From Lytechinus pictus (lineage: Eukaryota), in NCBI RefSeq assembly GCF_037042905.1, contig NC_087245.1, positions 4,156,001 through 4,216,000 on the forward strand: a stretch of DNA of 60,000 bases, written 5' to 3'. The translations under genes were made by a program, and so were the position numbers. Positions 51,569-60,000 of the stretch are shown one piece after another. The notes under the pieces were generated by a model, which saw only the letters and a program-made list of their open reading frames with translations, searched no databases and was not told the DNA's origin. The stretch's first letter is position 1. The number at the start of each line of letters is the position of its first letter.

Positions 51569-53128
51569 GTAAAATACTCATTCAAGTCTAGTACTTTTAT
51601 ATCACTCAACTTAATATATTAAATAAACTAAAAAATATGATGTATGACACCTAACCTAAGTTGTCAAACAACATGTATATGCAGGGGCTGCGGAAAGAAA
51701 TTGGAAGTGCGTGGGGTATAGTATAGCCAGTACTAATACCGACATTTTGTGAGATATCATGCCACCAACAATTTCATTAATAACTAATGTAATATTAATC
51801 TTGATGCTTCATTTTCAAGGACGATGCCAGATTATATTGATGGGGGTAAGACTTGTTATGTCATTTTATTTCTTAATGGAAAGTATGGGTGTCGTAACTA
51901 CGACCAAGCTACGATGATACACCAACCTGGTGGACTGTACTTTAACGGATGATGATGATGATGAAGCTCTCCAATACCTTCTAGTTTTGGGGGCCATGTC
52001 TTTCCTTTTCCCTCTGACATTTGTGTTTTAAACACTCCTGGTAATTTTGTTTAACGCTTCATCTATAATTTCTGAAGTCTCGTGATAATGATTTTACTGT
52101 ATGCCCCAAAGCTACGTCAGTGTCCTTGTCCTTGAAATCAAAGTAAAGGTGCTTTCTTATTTTCGGATATATATTTAACAATTGTCATTATTGTCAAAAA
52201 CATTATTCTCTTTACCTTACATTGTTCTGCTGGAATTTAAAAACATTTCTTACGACAGTATTGCGTGATTTCTTTTAGAGCATCAATAAATCTCTCACAT
52301 TCCAATTTTCCATTAATTCTAGCCGTCAGGCAGTCATGTTTCCATTATTTTATATTCCGTCAGTTCAACTGAAAGATCTATGACATCGATTTTGTGATAG
52401 CTGCATCTCGATTCGATCAACACTGATATAAAACTATGCCAGAAAAAAATAAACCTTCTTTATTATTTAAACAGTAGCAAGAGAGAAAGAAAATGTGACG
52501 TACATGACATCATAAATAAATTTGTGCTTTGGTTGTAATGAAAGACAGTTTCATTGATTTTCTTTTATTTCATGGAAGCAATCATAACTATAGTATTGTT
52601 TTAGTTTGTTTGTTGTTGATATTTATCTTGTATTATGTTCGGTTGTCATAAGATAAGGTATATATTTCAATTTGCAGTAGTGGCATGATGATATTTGATT
52701 CAGTATTCCTTCAGTGATTATTATGATGTTTCAATTTAATCAAATTGTTTTGACATATTCTCTCCCGAGTCTGTGCCCTGTTTTGCTCCATTTTCAATTC
52801 CTCCATCTCATTCCCTCTATTGGTTTACAATAATGAGGACAGTGAAAAGATTTGTAAAATCTAGTTTATAGAATAAATCTGAGGATAAGAAGGATGATGT
52901 GCATTTTAATGTATACTTGTAACTAAAAATATTGAAGAACAGAGAATATGTATTATTCACGAAAGAAGGATCTTATTTTGTTAAAAGACTAAAGCATAGA
53001 CAGATCTTATAATATTATCTCAATGTATACATTAAGAGGATTCTTCATGAATACTAGATCTCATTTGTATCATAGCTTGAGGACATTAAATACAATCCAT
53101 TTTCACTTTCATTGTTTCAACTTAACAG

Positions 53129-53180
53129 GAATTTCATCAGAGGCACTCTTTTTGACGACACCTTCACAAATGAAGTATAA
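53129..53180 (+). CDS. Third coding exon of the precursor with the stop codon (exon continues to 53215)
   Basis: Strong acceptor TTTCATTGTTTCAACTTAACAG|. The phase-2 join gives (R)NFIRGTLFDDTFTNEV with TAA at 53178-53180. A consensus donor GAG|GTAAGT at 53215/53216 implies a further 3' UTR exon. Confidence 0.65.
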
Positions 53181-56100
53181 AGCCTTTCAATCTCCCATAT
53201 TGTCTTTTTCTTGAGGTAAGTGTCCAATCAGAAAAAAAGACACGTCGAGATTATCTAGGAATTTAGTCCAAAAAATCATGAAAGCTTGAAGCAATAAATT
53301 GTTAAGTGGGTTGTATTGTGAATTAAGAATGAAATATATACAGTAAATACAGTAGGGGACATATTAAAATTATTTGAAATGTCATGATGAAGCCCCATCT
53401 GATCAAGATGTTGATGACTCAATTTTTCCCCCGAGAAATAAGAAACTTTTTACTATTGATTTAAAATGGTTTTCCAGGAAAGAACAGCAAAGGCAAAGAC
53501 GACAATGCAATATAAAATGCCAACAAGGTTTCACTTTACGAGCAATACGTTCTGCTACCTTCTTCTTCTTTTTGTTTTAGAGAGTATTCACAATGGGTAT
53601 GATCCAATTTTCATTGTTGCACCCGTCCCCCTTCCTCTTTCCTTTTTCAGAATTATACGCCCGCTTTGTGACCTACCGAGTTCAAACAAACGTTTTACTT
53701 CAATAATCATGATAACGCATTTCCAGTAATGTGATTGACCACTCTAATAAAACGATTACAATCTCTCTGATATAAGGACAGTGATGAATGATGATCGTAA
53801 TTATTTCATATAATGATATCGTATTTAATGATATTACATGAGCGATCCGCTGTAGATATGACATCCTTAATGAAGCTGGAAAGGGAGAAACTTTTGAAAA
53901 GCCATTCGTTATTGCCAATTTGATGATTTTGTAGAGGTCCAGTCTGTATTAGGTTATTGATGGTATACTAATCAGGGGGATAAACTAATTATACAGTATT
54001 TTAGTAACAGAACTGAGAGTGTCATGTTTAATTACAATGATGGAGACGTTCGATACGGAAATCTGATAAAACATTTTAATCATGCACATTAACGATAATT
54101 GATGAGGGGTTGAATGTTAATTCATTGAATCTAATATAGGATAAGTGATGTTAGGAGTGAAGTCATGCAGGAATTATTAGAAATTTACCTCGATTATATT
54201 TTTATATGATCATAAATAGTTTCAAGTTTCAACCCCAATAGTGTATGCTGTATAAATGATAACTGGTGAAATCAAATTAGCGAAATTACTAAATTAATAA
54301 GATTGTACTTACATTATGTATCTTTGAACTGGCTTTCATTAGAAAGTGAATATTCAAGGGTGAATCTTAGTCAACTTGACAACTTATTTCATTAACTTTA
54401 TAATATGAATATTAACAAAATTGCGGCTTCTTTGAATAAACTCTTTGATGTTTTAGAAATTACGTGATATTAAATATGCTACGTTGGTATATGTTTTAAG
54501 GATGTCAAAATTTACCGTTCAATTGTCATTTACCCATGTATTTTTCTTGTAAATAGTAATTACTACTATAATGAGAATATGGTTATAATGTCATTGATTT
54601 AGGGTAAAATTATGATGTTATTCTGAAGATAGTATTGATTCACATTGTTATTTTACCATTGAAGTCTATTTATGTACTATTATTACTTTAATTCGAAAAA
54701 AAATCACGATTATATTTTATATAATAATTTTCTTTTTATTCAATTTTCTACTCTTTTTTTTTTATCTCACGTATGCTTCTGTTCTTCAATTGTCACTTTT
54801 CATTCGTTTTTTTTAATTATTTTTTTTCTTTTATCATCATTTTCTTAAAACTAAAATAAATCAAATACTGGTATCTCTTTTTTTCTCGTCTATTTTGTTT
54901 GTCAAATTTAGTCCTGAGACCAACCAGTCTATGCCTGTTTTCCCAAATGCCACCGTGGTTCATGACGCTCCCTTTTTTCCTCAAAGATGAAGGGCGACCC
55001 CACTCACCATATATACATGTAGTTCATCACTTCTTCCAAAGCCAGGAAATATTATATTACGTTTGCATCATACATACTAAGTATTCATGGTTAAAAGTTG
55101 CATTTTACAGAATAAATGATCTTTTTGAAAACATGTGCTCACTCAAATAATGTAATTTGAAACATGCATGATTTAGCGCAAAGTAATAATATTTTTATCA
55201 ACTATAATTTTATGTACACTGACAATCCCATTTCGTTCAAAATGTTTGTTATTGTCATTACAATGTAATTTTACTTATACATAGTTTAGATACTGAAGAC
55301 CAACGCCTTTGTCTATAACTTTTTTTTTATATCAGTGATCGTTTATTTACCAGTTGGTTTTGATAATTTTTATTTTCCGTACAAAATATATTTAAAAGAA
55401 ACTTGACTGTTTATATTAAGGTCGATCATTCAATCTTTCAACTCATATGTTCAGATATGTATGGCTGATATACCACCAGTCTGTGATGGGCTTAGTAATA
55501 TCATATATGAAGCTTTCCAGAGACCAAGCTCGTGAATTTGAAATTATGTGTTGTGATTAGTTAATACCCTAAAAACGACGAAAGACAATATAGTTCTGCT
55601 ACGACATTGGGTAATATTCTGAGGTATGAAGGTGGAACTTATTATGATATTAATCCACTGATGCATTTGATTGTACTCATATGTGATAAGTGTCAAGGTA
55701 TACATGGTATCGCAGCCCTAAGCGTACCCCTATAGCGTGAAATGTTGATTGGATAAGAAAGATTACACATTCATGATTAGGAGTGTGGCTGTTCTGTTGA
55801 GTAAGTATAGCATACCATTATCTCTGATTACATTTTGATATTACAATTAAAAAAACACTTCATCTGAGATTAATCTGTACTCAGTTGAATATTTGAATGA
55901 ATTAATTATGGAAATTACAATCGATGCGTTACACATTAAAACTTAGGCAAAACTTATTTGGAGAATGCGTAGTTTGAAATATTCATAGAAGGACATTAAA
56001 GAAATTATAGAAAAGGGTAATATCATTCTCAAATCAAATAATGGGGATATGTATCAGCCTCAGTGAACAGAGGATTTGTTTATTTTTTTAAAATCATAAT

Positions 56101-57807
56101 CAGTCCTATAAGTTGGTTGGATATTGAGACTTCATAAAAAATTATTTCAAACCCTATATAATGTTCATGTACATGGATTCTAACGCCCTATATTGTCACT
56201 CGGCCTTACACCCAATTGATCTGACCCCATTCTCCATTGCCCCCCCCCCCCATTCCCGCTGCCACGCCCCCGTTCTCCTCCCCTTTCCCTCACACACTTC
56301 CTATCAATTTATTACCACTTCAAACTTCTTGATCTTTGATAATTGATTTCCTCTGCCAAGTACATTGCCATTACCCTAAGGCGAATCTTTGAAAAGGAGA
56401 ACCTAATTGTCTCGATGGTCATTCTAGAGGCAAAACACAAATTATGCGGTTGTATTCACACGCATATGAAAGGTTTGCACCCATCTTTGACTGGGTTATA
56501 TGCCTTCTAACTGGTTACCCCACCCCCATCCCACTCCGCTCTCTGCATCAAATTCACGATGAAAAAAAAACCTGACTCTCTTGGAGTTTAATTTTAACAT
56601 TCACTAATGATCTATTTTACTGTAACAAAACTTAAAAAATTGTTACATTTTTTATATGGGAACAAAACTAATTTGATCACTTGAAATTGTATTTATAATG
56701 TTTGTATCCAGGATACACCGAATGTGTTTGATAAGACATATATGTTTTAAGTGCAATGATTTTCTTCAAGTAATTTTTGGACATATTCATATCAGACGAG
56801 TCCCTGCATTGTAATAGATGATCATAAGGAAGAAGAATTCGAGCCATTTTTTGAATTATTATAAAGGATAGATATAATATAGAAGTGACTCTAAAAATAT
56901 TTTGCTTGATCAAATTCCTAATATACTGAATACGAAGTTTAGTTATGTAAGGTTAAATAACGAATGTAATGAGGGCGTGTGCTCTTATGATAACATTTCA
57001 ATCGCACTTAATCATATTAATATAAGATAATATACATGTAGATTACATTGATTAAATTCATAACGAAGAAATTGTTTATATCATTTATTTGAAATTGCCG
57101 ACATTGATATCTTAAAGAGATCTTAGTAATCATTATACTTTTCAAATTCTAATGTATTGTACAAGAATAATTATTGCCATTGCTGAAATAATGTAGAAGC
57201 ACACAATATTTATCCAGCGCCACCTTATCCATGTTTGTATTATCCTTTTAAGAGTAGTGTGTAATGTATAGTTGATATAATGTGTAGATTTAACAAATAA
57301 CTCAAGATTATTAATGCTGTTTTATTCATCTTGTATTATAGTATGTAAATAGAAATATTTTCCTTTGCTTCCTCTTATAAATGGAATGATTACTTATTGA
57401 ATATTCTGAATATTGTTCATGAATAATGTTTCCTCGTCAAACAGTGTTATATAGGTTGTAGATCGAGAAAATTCTTAATTGAATTGATATTCGAATGCAT
57501 TGTATATATTTGTGTGATCATTTTCTGGGATTATAATATTCGGATTATCAAGCAAGTATTAAACACTTTAACTGCTTAAATAGAAAATCAATCCTCGCTT
57601 TCAAGGCGGTATGACGAGTATATATTAACATGATAATAGTGAAGGAGAAAGACATTAATCATGATTCATTTCACGTGAAGATGTTAAAACTACTATCATG
57701 TCACAAAATATTGTTTGATTTTTTATTTCACGTCATGTCATGTTTTGAAAACACGGTCGATAGATCTCTATCCTCATCAGCCACCCCATGGCATGAGCAT
57801 CAGGACG

Positions 57808-58485
57808 ATCACCACCGCCACTACCAACACCACCATCACCACCACTACCAACACCATCACCACCACTACCACCGCCACTACCAACACCACCATCACCACC
57901 ACTACCAACACCACCATCACCACCACTACCAACACCACCATCACCACCACTACCTTCACCACCATCACCACCATCACTACCACTACCAACACCACCATCA
58001 CCACCACTACCAACACCACCATCACCACCACTACCAACACCACCATCACCACCACTACCAACACCACCATCACCACCACTACCAACACCACCATCACCAC
58101 CACTACCAACACCACCATCACCACCACTACCAACACCACCATCACCACCACTACCAACACCACCATCACCACCACTACCAACACCACCATCACCACCACT
58201 ACCACCGCCACCACCAACACCACCATCACCTCCACTACCTTCACCACCATCACCACCACTACCACCGCCACTACCAACACCACCATCACCACCACTACCA
58301 ACACCATCATCACCACCACTACCACCGCCACTACCAACACCACCATCACCATCACCACCATTGCCACCACCACCAATACCATAACACTATCACCGCCACC
58401 ACCATCATCACCCGTACAACCTCCACCACCGTTACCACCAACACCACCATAACTACCACTACAATCACCACCATCGCCAACACCA
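57808..58485. repeat. 24-bp minisatellite CAACACCACCATCACCACCACTAC built on (CAC)n
   Basis: A homogeneous core at about 57985-58200 with degenerate flanks. It is stop-free in several frames. Confidence 0.95.
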
Positions 58486-59362
58486 TTAAAGAAAACACAC
58501 TCATCAATCGTTTTAACCTATTACTGTTTATCTTTGTCAATTAATAAATTCTTGCAACCTTACAATAAGTGTCAATACGGTGTATTGAGAAGAAAAGCCT
58601 TTGTGATGCTGATTGAGGGAGACAATAATTGAGAGAGAGAAAGACAGAGAAGGGGGCATACGTACAGACACATAGACACACAGGTATTGCGACAGAAGAA
58701 CAAATTTGTAAGTCATGAAGACATTACAACCAATAAAACAACAGTTCTTTTTTATATCCTCTTTATTAATCATAAATCATCTGTATAGAATTTATTCATA
58801 AAAACAATGCATTAAATGAAACTATACATCTCAATACTAATGTGTATATAAATTTGCCTACACCTAATTTCACATAAATAAGACATTATAAATACAAAGC
58901 CATTACTTAACGTAATATATCTTTCTCATCGCCGTATCCTGTACTATTTTGTTTCCCAAGGAGCAAACTGCCTAAAAAATTCTAGAATGAATGAAATAAC
59001 GAAATGAAGCGACCGAGATGATTGTGGAGGAAATTTTGTAAGTTTAAACAAGAAAATTAGATTCCAGTGAAGCCCCTACCCCCCCCCCCCTGCGTACGGC
59101 TAATTAATTGTTAAGAAGATTGAAATATATTCGTGCATAAGATACAGTATTGCATCGAATATCTTATTTTATTCATATGAATTACAAATTTCAATGGGAT
59201 GGCAAAAAACCCATTATGGCTTCAATATCTGTTGGATCGTTATATGACCATTTAACGCAATTTCGAAGAAGATAGGAGTAGAATAGTACTTTGTTTTTAA
59301 TACGTTAAAAAATGTATAATTTATGTTTTTAGAAACACATAAATCGATGAAAAACTTATCAA

Positions 59363-59553
59363 CCTGGGGGCCGTTTCATAAAGCTGTTCGTGAGTTAAGA
59401 GCGACTTTAAGAACGACTGGTGAATCTTTCTTACATGCTAAATTATCACCAATGAACATTTAATGGTGAATATCATTTACCACAAGAAAGGATCACCAGT
59501 CGTTCTTTAAGTCACTCTTCACTTACAAACAGCTCTATAAAACACCAAGCTGG
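59363..59553. mobile_element. Hairpin MITE of about 190 bp, copy 2
   Basis: CCTGGGGGCCGTTTCATAAAGCTGTTCGTGAGTTAAGAGCGACTTTAAGAACGACTGGTGA is inverted relative to TCACCAGTCGTTCTTTAAGTCACTCTTCACTTACAAACAGCT. Confidence 0.85.
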
Positions 59554-60000
59554 TCTAATGAGATTTCAACTGAAATGGAAACTTATTGATTTATTAAGGA
59601 ATGAAATCTAAACATTGATGACATTGCTCGTATTCGATGTTTATGAGATTTGGTTATCGTAGCACAACTCATCAACTGGGTTGATTCATGATCCAGAAGA
59701 GCCAAAATGGCGTTAAGTTATGTCTGACGATCTGTCCTATCCCGTCGCCCTATACATCCTTGCTATTCAATAGACTGACTTAATAAAACATTATACCATT
59801 TTTTATGATAAGTATTTCACTCAACGGGACGAACAAAAATGTAATTTTTCTTTCATCTCATTTGACCCAACCATTTTCACATCAATGTTCTCAGTCAGTT
59901 GATAACAATATATGCATCATGAATTTACGTTTCACTGATTTACTATTGAAGTGTAGGCCATTGTAGTCAATAATTATCAGGAAGAGGTGAGAAGGGTGGG

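Noticed and set aside
57630..58544. 304-aa His-rich protein gene
   Set aside because: The ORF length is explained by a stop-free CAC-based repeat that is open in several frames, and the non-repeat flanks are not protein-like.

Overview
This is AT-rich, repeat-dense, intron-containing animal genomic DNA. The repeat landscape (tRNA-derived SINEs, hAT, Harbinger, Kolobok and Tc1-type MITEs, purine/pyrimidine tracts) looks like a marine invertebrate, probably a sea urchin; this is inference, not an identification. There are no prokaryotic operons, CRISPR arrays or rRNA, and nearly all ORFs in the supplied track are spurious. The main find is a spliced + strand gene that the ORF track misses. Coding exons at 50903-51021, 51446-51568 and 53129-53180 join in phase into a 97-aa secreted prepropeptide with a signal peptide, a G-R candidate amidation site, RxxR motifs and a KR site. 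I cannot assign it to a known neuropeptide family. A GC-box/CRE/CCAAT promoter-like region at about 11.5-11.8 kb may be its non-coding first exon, which would give a ~39 kb intron 1. Other notable items are a SINE with a 7SL/Alu-like head at 2746-2917, a young 5'-truncated L1/Tx1-type LINE, an L2-clade fragment, a candidate 4.7 kb TGT...ACA element with nested insertions, a G-rich minisatellite and a 24-bp minisatellite.
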